Virus record (IMG/VR): IMGVR_UViG_3300051212_001283
Direction: 5' to 3' (one strand)
DNA length: 64,000 bases
Source: an uncultured virus (IMG/VR IMGVR_UViG_3300051212_001283)
Taxonomy: Duplodnaviria; Heunggongvirae; Uroviricota; Caudoviricetes
Shown here: positions 1 through 10,400 of the stretch, in pieces
How positions within the stretch are numbered: the stretch's first letter is position 1
How the letters are laid out: each line of letters starts with the position of its first letter
Notes under the pieces: generated by a model
The model's input: only the letters and a program-made list of their open reading frames with translations
What the model was told of the DNA's origin: nothing
Database searches by the model: none
Position numbers and translations under genes: made by a program

Positions 1-2
1 TT

Positions 3-758
3 ATGGCTAAAGGTTTTACAGTAAAAGCAAAGGCACCAGTTGCCTCACAAGAACAAGAATGGGACTATAATCTAGCAAGAGAAATGGTAAAGGGAAAATC
101 CATTGTCTTTTGTCTACCTGGAAGAGGTGTCTCATATACCTATCTCAAGAACTTTGTACAACTTTGTTTTGACCTTGTACAATCGGGAGCAAGCATCCAG
201 ATCTCGCAGGACTATTCATCGATGGTAAACTTTGCAAGATGCAAATGTTTAGGTGCGAATGTACTGCGTGGACCAGATCAAATTCCCTGGGACGGTAAAC
301 TGAATTATGATTGGCAACTTTGGATTGACTCTGACATTGTATTCAATAGTGAAAAGTTTTGGCAACTGATTCTGATGGACAAGGACATTGCTTCTGGATG
401 GTATGCAACAGAAGACGGTCACACAACCTCAGTGGCGCATTGGTTGGATGAAGATGATTTCAGAGGTAATGGTGGTGTGATGAATCATGAAACCGTTGAA
501 AGTATCTCAAAGCGTCGGAAACCATTTACAGTTGACTACGCAGGTTTTGGATGGCTTCTGATTAAAAATGGAGTCTTTGAACATCCTGAAATGAAGTATC
601 CTTGGTTTGCTCCAAAGATGCAAGTTTTTGAATCTGGTCAAGTTCAAGATATGTGTGGAGAAGATGTATCATTCTGCCTAGATGCAAAAGAAGCAGGATT
701 TGAAATTTGGTGTGATCCTCGTATTCGCGTTGGACACGAAAAAACAAGAGTCATTTGA
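3..758 (+). CDS. GT-A-fold glycosyltransferase-like protein (conserved in cyanophages)
   Basis: 251 aa with WQLWIDSDIVF (DxD), GFGWLLIK, GEDVSFC and IWCDPRIRVGHEK, typical of GT2-like folds. Confidence 0.65.
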   Translation: MAKGFTVKAKAPVASQEQEWDYNLAREMVKGKSIVFCLPGRGVSYTYLKNFVQLCFDLVQSGASIQISQDYSSMVNFARCKCLGANVLRGPDQIPWDGKLNYDWQLWIDSDIVFNSEKFWQLILMDKDIASGWYATEDGHTTSVAHWLDEDDFRGNGGVMNHETVESISKRRKPFTVDYAGFGWLLIKNGVFEHPEMKYPWFAPKMQVFESGQVQDMCGEDVSFCLDAKEAGFEIWCDPRIRVGHEKTRVI

Positions 759-762
759 TACA

Positions 763-948
763 ATGGCAGAAACTTACAATATCCTTTGTAAGGGGCGTAG
801 AATTTATACAAGTCTTACAGAGGAAGAATATTTCAATGTTATGGAGGATCTGTCGATAGAGTTCTATCAGACAGGTTCTCCAAGACCTGAAGATCTTGAA
901 ACTGAAATTTTATTGGAGAATCAATTATGGCAAAAGGCGGATCACTGA
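763..948 (+). CDS. small hypothetical protein
   Basis: ORF track 682..948; ATG at 763 just after the upstream stop is the likelier start (MAETYNILCKGR...). Confidence 0.6.
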   Translation: MAETYNILCKGRRIYTSLTEEEYFNVMEDLSIEFYQTGSPRPEDLETEILLENQLWQKADH

Positions 949-1073
949 AAAACAGTTCTTATATTCCAGGGCCTCCTAAGAAGTCTCGTCAAGGAGACGG
1001 TGGAGGAACCAAGTACGCTTCGTCTTCTCGTAATGGGGCGCGTAAGAAGTATAGGGGTCAAGGAAAAGGATAA
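927..1073 (+). CDS. 48-aa basic Gly/Lys/Arg-rich peptide (absent from ORF track)
   Basis: Hand translation MAKGGSLKNSSYIPGPPKKSRQGDGGGTKYASSSRNGARKKYRGQGKG*; GGAG at 915-918; its TAA overlaps the next ATG. Confidence 0.75.
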   Translation: MAKGGSLKNSSYIPGPPKKSRQGDGGGTKYASSSRNGARKKYRGQGKG

Positions 1074-1486
1074 TGTATAGTAGAGATCAAATTTTAAATT
1101 CGATCAAAGACTTAAAAACATGCCTCAAACCCAGCACTATTCCTGGTGCTGGTGTTGGGGTTTTTTCTTTGATAGACATTCCTAAAGACACTCTTATTTT
1201 TGAAGTTGAAAGAAAAGATGATTACTTTTTTAAAAATTCAGAAATAAAAGATCTTCCACCCAACATTCAAGAATACATACTAGGAATGACGGACGGGATA
1301 GAAGGAGAAGGTTTTTATCTCGATGTTCCGGCATTTAAAATTTATACCGCTTATTATGTCAATCATTCCCACGATCCTAATGTATTTTGGGATAGAAGAA
1401 CTGATGAACTTTTTTCCATAAAGGATATTCGATATGGAGAAGAATTAACGACATACTACAAACCTAATGAGAGAGATTTTAAATGA
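1073..1486 (+). CDS. SET-domain protein (putative lysine methyltransferase)
   Basis: SET motifs in order: PSTIPGAGVGVF..DIPK, YVNHSHDPN, KDIRYGEELTTYY. Confidence 0.85.
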   Translation: MYSRDQILNSIKDLKTCLKPSTIPGAGVGVFSLIDIPKDTLIFEVERKDDYFFKNSEIKDLPPNIQEYILGMTDGIEGEGFYLDVPAFKIYTAYYVNHSHDPNVFWDRRTDELFSIKDIRYGEELTTYYKPNERDFK

Positions 1487-2157
1487 ATGTAATCAATTTA
1501 CCTCCAAAAAAAGTTTGGATTCGTAAAGAATATTTAAGAGACCTTCGTGACGGACATGGAGAGTATGTAAAAGCATGGTGGGTTTCTTTAAAATCAATTT
1601 GGGGAAGATCTTTTTACTTTGAATCATATATTCCAGAGTATGGTGCCTTATATGATAAACTTCCAATTTCTGCTTTTTTAAATTGGGAAAGTGACCATCC
1701 AGATAAACCAAGGATACTTGAAAAAGATCTACCATTATCCGATCTTCAGTATTGGGATTCCTTCGATTACGACTCTGAGATTGTTGAAAAGCAATTTTTA
1801 TACACAATGAGTGTCGAAGTTAAGCACAGATCAGGTTATGTCTCAGAGGGTGGTAAATATTTGTTCACAATTGATGCTTCTCATCGGGATAGAAACATCC
1901 CAGATCTAACATTTGCAGAATTTGCAGAAGAACATAAATCACATAACTGTATTATTCTCCCAAATGGTCAAATTGGTCTCTATCCAAACAATCGGTGTAG
2001 ATGGAAAGATGAGAGTTTAACTCCAAAAATACTCAAAAAACCAGATTTTCTCGTTTCAACAAGGCATTTTACGACTGAAACTGGTGAATATAATGAATAT
2101 TTGGGACATACTGAAGAATATTTTTGGGAAGCAGAGCAAAATACTCAAAATAAATAA
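1483..2157 (+). CDS. hypothetical phage protein
   Basis: 224-aa ORF overlapping the SET gene end; no function recognised. Confidence 0.7.
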   Translation: MNVINLPPKKVWIRKEYLRDLRDGHGEYVKAWWVSLKSIWGRSFYFESYIPEYGALYDKLPISAFLNWESDHPDKPRILEKDLPLSDLQYWDSFDYDSEIVEKQFLYTMSVEVKHRSGYVSEGGKYLFTIDASHRDRNIPDLTFAEFAEEHKSHNCIILPNGQIGLYPNNRCRWKDESLTPKILKKPDFLVSTRHFTTETGEYNEYLGHTEEYFWEAEQNTQNK

Positions 2158-2192
2158 GTTGTTTTGGATAAACTGAATTGGAACAGTACTCA

Positions 2193-2519
2193 ATGGGTAA
2201 ACACCTGCTTCTAGAGGTGTATGATGTTGATTTTGAAGCGATTAATAATGTCGAATTGCTTCAAAATGCAATGATTAGGGGCATAAATCGTGCAAAAATG
2301 ACGATTTTGAACACGTTTTCGCACTGTTTTCTTCCTCAAGGGTGTACAGTGGTCATTGCACTCGCAGAAAGTCATGTTTCATGTCATACTTGGCCAGAAA
2401 ATGGATGTTTAGCAGTTGATGTCTATACTTGTGGAGACGGAAATCCAAAATTAATTGCTTTAGAACTCCTAAAATACTTAAATTCGGACAATTATAACAT
2501 TAGAGAATTAGATCGTTAA
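2193..2519 (+). CDS. speD: S-adenosylmethionine decarboxylase proenzyme
   Basis: MGKHLLLEVY start (ATG 2193; track uses TTG 2178); LAESHVSCHTWPE self-cleavage motif and DVYTCG; TAAATA at 2151-2156. Confidence 0.93.
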   Translation: MGKHLLLEVYDVDFEAINNVELLQNAMIRGINRAKMTILNTFSHCFLPQGCTVVIALAESHVSCHTWPENGCLAVDVYTCGDGNPKLIALELLKYLNSDNYNIRELDR

Positions 2520-2586
2520 ATAGAAATAAGGAGATAGCAACCTCCTTTATAAAAGTTCTGTTTTATTCATTAAAACAGGAGCTAAA
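2517..2586 (+). promoter_or_regulatory. late promoter plus two-hairpin leader occluding the SD of ORF 2587
   Basis: TAAATA 2517-2522; AAGGAG/CTCCTT stem 2528-2547; TTCTGTTTTA/TAAAACAGGA stem 2556-2580 includes the SD. Confidence 0.55.
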
Positions 2587-2835
2587 ATGTCAAATTTACC
2601 AGTTGATAGAGATTGGGAATACATGAAGTCAATGTGGGGAACCACTCATCTTGCGACTGATTATCAACCTCAACCTCAAAAAAGAGTAATTCAAGAAGTT
2701 ATGCACGATCTTGCACCTCGTCATGACTTAAAAAAGCAACAAGAGTTGCATGAAAAGATTCGTAATGATGATGACTATGATGATTGGGACTATGGAACTG
2801 AACCATCCTATGGTACTCCCTGGAAATCATCATAA
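2587..2835 (+). CDS. small hypothetical protein
   Basis: 82-aa ORF with AGGAG SD at 2577-2581. Confidence 0.75.
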   Translation: MSNLPVDRDWEYMKSMWGTTHLATDYQPQPQKRVIQEVMHDLAPRHDLKKQQELHEKIRNDDDYDDWDYGTEPSYGTPWKSS

Positions 2836-2858
2836 ATAAGTAAAGAATTTATCTAAAA

Positions 2859-3260
2859 ATGTCAGTCACCAGGATATCCAGATCTTTTAAAGATATTAGT
2901 TTATCTTTTGACCCACATCCGGTGACTAAGGATCTGTCTGTTTTAACAAATGAAAGAGCAATTATTCGCTCCGTTCGTAATTTAGTTGAAACAATTCCAA
3001 CTGAAAGATTTTTTAATCCTACACTTGGATCAAATGTAAGAAGCAGTTTGTTTGATTTTGTTGATTATGCAACTGCTTCTGTCATTCAAGATCAAATCGT
3101 TGAAGTGATTAATAATTATGAACAGAGAGTTACAAATGTAATTGTTCAAGTTGATCCCATACCAGATCTAAATGAATTTGAAGTGACTATTACATTTGAA
3201 ATTATTGGTCAAGAACTTCCAGTACAGCAGTTTTCATTCATATTAGAGGCAACAAGATAA
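2859..3260 (+). CDS. gp25: baseplate wedge subunit gp25
   Basis: FKDISLSF..HP, AIIRSVRNLV.T...ERFFNP.LGS motifs; directly upstream of g6; TAAATA 2833-2838. Confidence 0.93.
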   Translation: MSVTRISRSFKDISLSFDPHPVTKDLSVLTNERAIIRSVRNLVETIPTERFFNPTLGSNVRSSLFDFVDYATASVIQDQIVEVINNYEQRVTNVIVQVDPIPDLNEFEVTITFEIIGQELPVQQFSFILEATR

Positions 3261-3261
3261 A

Positions 3262-5217
3262 ATGCCTTTTACTAAATTTACGAATCTAGATTTCGATCAA
3301 ATAAAGACTTCGATCAAAGATTATCTCCGTGCTAACTCTACATTTACGGACTTTGATTTTGAGGGATCGAACTTTTCTGTTTTAATTGATACCTTAGCAT
3401 ATAATACTTATATTACAGCATTCAATTCTAACATGGTTGTGAATGAATCCTTTTTGGATTCAGCAACTGTAAGAGAAAATGTTGTATCTCTTGCAAGAAA
3501 TATTGGTTATGTACCGTACTCCAGGAACGCTGCAGAAGCGACTGTATCGTTTACAGTAAATGTGTCACCAAGTAGTTATTTACAAGATAATACGCCCGTT
3601 TATACGCCTACAATCACCTTACAGGCAGGTCTTGTTTGCACTGGATCGGTAAGGGGAACATCTTATGTCTTTTCTGCTCCAGAAAACATTACAGTTCCTG
3701 TTGTGAATGGAGTGGCAACGTTTGATAGTATTAAAATCAAAGAGGGAACATTCCTAACCAAAAAGTTTACCGTAAACGCATCTTTAGATCAAAAATTTAT
3801 ACTTGATAACTCTTTTATTGATAGTTCTACAATTAGAGTTTATGTAAAAGGATTGAGTGATAGTGGACTAGGAATAAAATATTCATTGGTTGATAATATT
3901 TTTAAAATTGATTCAAATTCTCAGATCTTTTTAATTCAAGAAGTTCAAGATGAAAAATATCAACTTCTTTTTGGTGATGGATTCTTTGGACAAAAATTAG
4001 AAAATGGGGCAATTATTACCAGCAACTACATTATAACAAGTGGAAAGAGTGGAAATGGTGTAGAAACATTTACTTTTGCAGGATCTCTAAGAGATGCTGA
4101 TGATGGTAATGTAATTCCTCAAAATACAATTACAGTTACTACAAATCAAAGGTCTCAAAATGGTTCAGATATTGAAACCATAGATTCTATTCGTTACTTT
4201 GCTCCAAGGTTATACGCATCGCAGTATAGGGCAGTAACTGCAAGTGATTATGAAACGATCATTAAATCTAAAATATATGGAAATGCAGAGTCTATTTCTG
4301 TAATTGGTGGAGAGGAATTAACACCTCCACAATTTGGTACAGTCTTAATTAGTATTAAACCAAAAAATGGCACTTTTGTTTCTGATTTTGATAAGGAGAA
4401 TATACTTTCAAAATTAAAGCAATATACGGTATCTGGAATAAACACAAAGATTATAGATCTTAAAATTCTTTATGTTGAGATTGAATCTTATGTTTATTAC
4501 AATGAAAATAACGTTGCAAGTTCTTCTGATTTAAAAACAAGAGTAAACAACTCTCTCACCAAATATTCAGAATCTGTAGATTTGAATAAGTTTGGAGGAA
4601 GATTTAAGTATAGTAAACTTTTACAAGTTATAGATGGCACTGATACTGCAATCACATCAAATATCACTAGAGTAAGAATAAGAAGAGATTTAAAAGCACT
4701 TGTAAATAGACAAGCACAATATGAAATTTGTTTCGGAAATCAATTCCATGTAAATCAATATGGATATAACATCAAATCAACTGGATTCAAAATTTTAGGT
4801 GAAACGGATACTGTTTACTTTAGTGATGTACCAAATTCGGATGGAAAGACAGGAGTAATTGCAATAGTAAAACCAGCAACAGAAGTTGCTATGGAAACAC
4901 AATCCAATGTTTCTTTACAACCATTCATTATTGTACAGTCTGCAGGTGTAGTTAATTATGAAACTGGAGAAATAACAATTAATACAATTACAATTACATC
5001 TACAGTTTTAAAAAATGATATTATTGAAATACAAGCATATCCAGAGTCAAATGATGTTATTGGATTAAAAGACCTTTATGTTTCTTTTGATATCTCAAAA
5101 AGTCAAATAAATATGATAAAGGATACTATTACATCTGGTGAAGATATTTCTGGAGTTGTTTTTGCCAAAAATTCTTATCGCTCAAGTTATTCAAATGGGA
5201 GTTTAACGAGGTCATAA
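3262..5217 (+). CDS. gp6: baseplate wedge subunit gp6
   Basis: LDFDQIK..L...TDFDFEGS, LAYNTY, ESFLDSA, FGDG, RAVTASDY motifs. Confidence 0.95.
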   Translation: MPFTKFTNLDFDQIKTSIKDYLRANSTFTDFDFEGSNFSVLIDTLAYNTYITAFNSNMVVNESFLDSATVRENVVSLARNIGYVPYSRNAAEATVSFTVNVSPSSYLQDNTPVYTPTITLQAGLVCTGSVRGTSYVFSAPENITVPVVNGVATFDSIKIKEGTFLTKKFTVNASLDQKFILDNSFIDSSTIRVYVKGLSDSGLGIKYSLVDNIFKIDSNSQIFLIQEVQDEKYQLLFGDGFFGQKLENGAIITSNYIITSGKSGNGVETFTFAGSLRDADDGNVIPQNTITVTTNQRSQNGSDIETIDSIRYFAPRLYASQYRAVTASDYETIIKSKIYGNAESISVIGGEELTPPQFGTVLISIKPKNGTFVSDFDKENILSKLKQYTVSGINTKIIDLKILYVEIESYVYYNENNVASSSDLKTRVNNSLTKYSESVDLNKFGGRFKYSKLLQVIDGTDTAITSNITRVRIRRDLKALVNRQAQYEICFGNQFHVNQYGYNIKSTGFKILGETDTVYFSDVPNSDGKTGVIAIVKPATEVAMETQSNVSLQPFIIVQSAGVVNYETGEITINTITITSTVLKNDIIEIQAYPESNDVIGLKDLYVSFDISKSQINMIKDTITSGEDISGVVFAKNSYRSSYSNGSLTRS

Positions 5218-5218
5218 T

Positions 5219-7378
5219 ATGGTACAAAATGGTTTCGAGACAAGAGTAAAAGTACAACAAATAATTGATAGTCAATTACCAGAATTTGTTATAGATGAAA
5301 ATCCAAAAGCATCTGAATTTTTAAAGCAGTATTATATTTCCCAAGAATATCAGGGCGGTCCAACAGATATTGTTGAAAATCTAGATCAGTATATAAATTT
5401 AGATAGTCTTATTCCTGAAGTTATAGTAGGTACTGTAACTCTTAGCAATTCAATTACAAGTACAAGTTCTACAATAGAAGTAGAGAGCACCAAAGGATTT
5501 CCGTCACAGTATGGGTTATTAAAAATCGATGATGAAATAATAACTTATACAGGTTCAACTGAAACTTCTTTTACTGGATGTATTAGAGGATTCAGTGGAA
5601 TTACAAATTATCATAAAGATCTCCAGTATGAAGAACTAGTTTTTACAAAATCTTCGGCAGCATCACATAGTGCAGATGCAACAATTGAAAATCTTAGTTC
5701 ATTATTTTTACAAGAATTTTATAAAAAAATAAAATTTAGTCTAACTCCAGGTCTGGAAGGGGTAAATTTTACTGAAAATCTGAATGTTGGTAATTTCATA
5801 AAAGAAGCAAGAACTCTTTATGAATCAAAAGGAACAAATGAATCTTTTAGAATTTTATTTAATGTTTTATTTGGAGAAAAACCAACTGTAGTAGATTTAG
5901 AACAATTTTTAATCAAACCATCTGACTCTAGATTTATAAGAAGAAATGTTGCAGTAATTGATGTAATTTCTGGTGACCCTAATAAATTATCAGGTCAAAC
6001 AATTAAAAAATCTACTGATGAAAAAAATACCAGTGCATCAGTTTCTGAAGTAGAGACAATTACTAGAAAAGGAAAAACTTATTATAAACTTAACTTTTTT
6101 GTTGGGTATGATGATACTTATCCAAACATTACTGGCACTTTTTCTATAACTCCAAATACTAAAGTAGTTGAAGACGTTACATTAAGTAGTAGTCAAACAA
6201 CAATTACTGTTGATTCTACAGTTGGGTTTTCAGAATCTGGAAGTATTTTTTATGATGGTACTGAAATATTTTATGATGAAAAAACTATTAATCAGTTTTT
6301 AGGTTGTTACATAAATTCCAACCAATCAATTACTATCAATAAAACTTCTATAGTTATATCTAATGACACTTATTTTGGATATGAAGATGGGGATGAAACT
6401 AAAAAAGTAGAATTTGCAATAACAGGTATTTTATCAAATGTAGTTGTTGATTCAGATTCGTACAACTTTTTAGAGGGAGAAGAATTATATCCACAAAATC
6501 TTGGAAAAATTATATCAAAAGGATCAAAAGTAAGTGAAATTTTTGCAAATACTTGGATTTACAACACCAGTTCTAGATATCAAGTAGATTCTTTTACAGG
6601 AAATAATATTATCACAAAATCTGTTGTAGATAATACAAGTTTGGCAGTTGATGATAAAATAGAGTTATTACAAAGAAATACTGAAATTGTAATTAATGGT
6701 TTTGATGATGTAACAGTAACAGCAATTTCTGGAAATGAAATAACAATTGATGTTAGTACTTTATCATTAAATTCAACTGTTGAGTATGATATTAGAAGAA
6801 AGGTTAAAAAAGTATTTTCAACAACAACACCTGTTCAATTTGGAAATAATAAAATAACCTCTGATATTCAGAATGTTTATGAAGAAAATAATGAGAATTT
6901 GTATGTAGCATCTAACTCTCTACCATCATATCCAATAGAAGTAAATATATTTGAATATACTGTAAGTGGATTGTCAGAAAAAAATGAAAATGAAACTTAC
7001 AGTATAATTGAATTTGGAACTAATAATTTTGTTTCTTTTATAACAGGAGATAGGGTATATTATTATACAGATGGAAGTACACCTATACAAGGATTAAGGG
7101 AAGGTTCTTATTACGTTGATGTACTGAAGAATTCTGATTCTAACATTAATAACACAAGAATTAGATTATATTTAAGTAATACTACGGTTGGATCTAATGA
7201 TTATGTATCTTTTGGAGAGTTATCAAATGGTTTAGTAACAGGTATTCATAAATTTGTATTATATTCTCAAAAGTCTGCGTTAATTTCTCCTCAAAAGATT
7301 CTTAAAAAATTTAAATTAAATCAAACTATAGGTGATAATAAAAAGCATGAACAGTTCCTGGTGGAATTGGTTTATTAA
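5219..7378 (+). CDS. gp7: baseplate wedge protein gp7, N-terminal segment (frameshift near 7350)
   Basis: QLPEFV..E.P...EFLKQYY and YESKGT.ESFRILF; position between g6 and g8; coding continues in the -1 frame from 7351. Confidence 0.8.
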   Translation: MVQNGFETRVKVQQIIDSQLPEFVIDENPKASEFLKQYYISQEYQGGPTDIVENLDQYINLDSLIPEVIVGTVTLSNSITSTSSTIEVESTKGFPSQYGLLKIDDEIITYTGSTETSFTGCIRGFSGITNYHKDLQYEELVFTKSSAASHSADATIENLSSLFLQEFYKKIKFSLTPGLEGVNFTENLNVGNFIKEARTLYESKGTNESFRILFNVLFGEKPTVVDLEQFLIKPSDSRFIRRNVAVIDVISGDPNKLSGQTIKKSTDEKNTSASVSEVETITRKGKTYYKLNFFVGYDDTYPNITGTFSITPNTKVVEDVTLSSSQTTITVDSTVGFSESGSIFYDGTEIFYDEKTINQFLGCYINSNQSITINKTSIVISNDTYFGYEDGDETKKVEFAITGILSNVVVDSDSYNFLEGEELYPQNLGKIISKGSKVSEIFANTWIYNTSSRYQVDSFTGNNIITKSVVDNTSLAVDDKIELLQRNTEIVINGFDDVTVTAISGNEITIDVSTLSLNSTVEYDIRRKVKKVFSTTTPVQFGNNKITSDIQNVYEENNENLYVASNSLPSYPIEVNIFEYTVSGLSEKNENETYSIIEFGTNNFVSFITGDRVYYYTDGSTPIQGLREGSYYVDVLKNSDSNINNTRIRLYLSNTTVGSNDYVSFGELSNGLVTGIHKFVLYSQKSALISPQKILKKFKLNQTIGDNKKHEQFLVELVY

Positions 7379-7452
7379 AAAATGGTGTTGAGATATACAA
7401 CTATAAAACACAGGATAAAATTTATTATGGTCCTTTAGAAAAGGTTGATGTA

Positions 7453-10400
7453 TTGAATGGAGGAAGTGGATATGATGTTATAAATCTTCCACTATTAAAT
7501 TTATCTACTGGAAGTGCTCTTGTACAACCAGTAATAACTGGTTCTGTTGAAAAAATATATGTCGATCCTCAAGACTTTGATGTAGATGTTGTAGTTTCTG
7601 TAGCACTTACCGGTGGAAATGGATCTGGAGCAAGTTTTCAACCAGTTATAGAAAAGTATGTTAGAGAGATTGAATTTGATGCTAGACCACTTTCTACCGG
7701 GGGTGGTTTAGATTCTGTCAATGAAAGAATTGCATTTGTAAAAAATCATAATTTAGTTAACGGACAAGCAATTGTTTACAATAATAATAATTTCAGTTCG
7801 ATTGGTATTGGAACATTTGGTGGATCTGATTTAGATCAATCTAAAACATTAATAAATGGGGCAACATACTACTCAAAGGTAATTAATGATAGAACTATCG
7901 AACTTTATCAGAGTCTTCCAGATTATGTTGCAGGAATTAATACTGTTGGATTTACTACAATAGGAAATGTTGGAATTCAAAAGTTTAAAACTGAGGTAAA
8001 AAATAAATTAAGTGAAATAAAAATTATAAATGGTGGTGCATATACGAATAGAAAACTTAGAGTAAAACCAGTTGGAATATCCACTTACAATCACACTGTA
8101 GAATTTGAAAACCATGGATTTTCTGATGGAGAAATAGTAACCTATGATTATGAAACTACTGGAATAGTAGGACTATCAACTTCAAACAAATATCAGATAT
8201 TAAAAGTAGATTCAAATAAGTTTAGACTTTGTGACGCTGGTATTAATGGTGACACCGTATCAAATTATCAAAGAAAAAATTATGTAAAGTTTTCAACAAG
8301 TGGATCTGGATATCAAATTTTTAGTTATCCTAATATTTCTCTGTCAGTAGAGTATACTTCCGTAGGACTAGGTAGTACGCAAGTTAGGGGATCTATTGTA
8401 GCAACTCCAATAATTAGAGGAAAAATAGATCAACTTTACGTTTACGAAAAAGGATCTAATTATGGGTCTTTTATTTTAAATACACATCAAAGACCCCAAA
8501 TCGTTGTAAAAAATGGAAAAGAATCACAATTCAAACCATTAATTCAGAATGGTAGAATTACTGATGTTACAGTTCTATATGGAGGACAAGATTATTATTC
8601 TACACCAGATTTAGTAGTTTTGGGTAGTGGTGTAGGAGCAAGTCTAAGACCTGTAGTTTCAAATAATAAAATTGTAGATGTTATTGTTGTAAATCCTGGT
8701 GCTGGATATAGTATCACAGATACCGTAGTTCGTGCTGTACCGGCAGGAAAAAATGCAGTGTTTGAGTCTAGTGTTAGAGCATTAACTCTCAACAATTCAT
8801 ATAAGTACGGCGTACAAAATGCAAACTATAGAGATCCTGCTACAGAAATATTAATTGAAACTGAAAATAATTTAGAATATGCTGTTATTGGATATTCTGA
8901 ACAAATAAAAAATAATATTAAAGATAATGGAGGAGACACGACTCACTCTAATATTATTGGTTGGGCTTATGATGGAAATCCGATTTATGGAACATATGGA
9001 TACTCTGACCCTAATGAGGCAAGGTTAGTTAAAAAACTAGAACCTGGTTATTCTATAGTTGATATTGAAAATAGACCTTCTACTACAAATTTCCCACTTG
9101 GATATTTTGTTGAAGATTATAAGTTCACAAACAGTGGTGACTTAGACCAATATAATGGAAGATTCTGCAAAACTCCAGAGTTTCCAAATGGAACATATGC
9201 ATACTTTGCAACCATTCAAAATAATCCTAATGGAAATGTTGTTGGGAAGTTTCCATATTTCATTGGAAATGAGTATAGATCCGCATATATTGAGGAAAAT
9301 TTATCATTAAATCAATCGTTTGATTTTAATAGTTCCTCTTTAATTAGAAACACTCTTCCATATAAAGTAAATGAAGAATATGCAGACAATGACTTTATTG
9401 TAGAATCAAATGAAATTATTAAGCAAAAAACTTTAATTGAGTCAGTTTCTTCTGGAAGTGTTTCTGATTTAGAAATAGTAAGTTCTGGATCTAATTACAA
9501 AGTAAGTGATGAAATTACTTTTAATTCAAGTGGAGAAGGAAGTGGAATATTTGCAAAAGTATCCGAAATAACTGGAAAAGAAATTAATCAAATTAACACA
9601 ACTGTTCAATCTTTCAATAATTCTTTGATTACTTGGATTGATGAAAATACTGTTAAGGTTAATGTATTGCCTTATCATGAATTTTTAAATAGAGATAACA
9701 TTAATATATCAGGATTGTCTACACAAGTATCTAATTTAAATGGTACTTACAAGATAGGAATCACAACTTATTCTACAATATTAGATAAAGAAATACCTGC
9801 ATATGCTTCAACTGGAATAGTTACAGACATTTATCTAACATCTATTCCAGAAAATGTTTCTGTTGGAAGTAGTTTTAAAATTGATAATGAAATTTTTTCA
9901 ATCCTTAACATTTATAATAATTTTGGTGTTGTAAAAGTAAGGAGAAATACTAGTGGTGGAATACATACACAAACAACACCAGCATACTTCCTTCCAAACT
10001 CGTTTACTGTAAATAAATCTACAGAATATTTTGAATCAAAAGTAAATGATATAGTATATTATAATCCAACAAAATCAGTTGGAATTGGAACAGTAGTTGG
10101 AACAGGTATAAATGTAAATTATAATATTGGAATTACATCATATAGTACTTTTATTCCAACACAAAGTATTTTTATACCCAATCATCCATTTAACACAGGT
10201 CAGCAAGTAATTTTTAGAAAACCTAACGGTGCTGATCCTATTGCAGTTTCTAATACTTCTACAAGTCTTTCCTTTAATATTCTAAGTGGAGATTCTACAA
10301 CACTTTATGTGATTAATAAGTCTAAAGATTATATTGGCATAGTAACTAATGTTGGACTAACAACAAATACTGGAGGATTATTCTTTAGAAATACTAGTTG

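Noticed and set aside
7337..7350. T-AAA-AAG as a programmed -1 slippery site for g7
   Set aside because: Not a full A-AAA-AAG heptamer, and a -1 slip there meets TGA at 7348-7350
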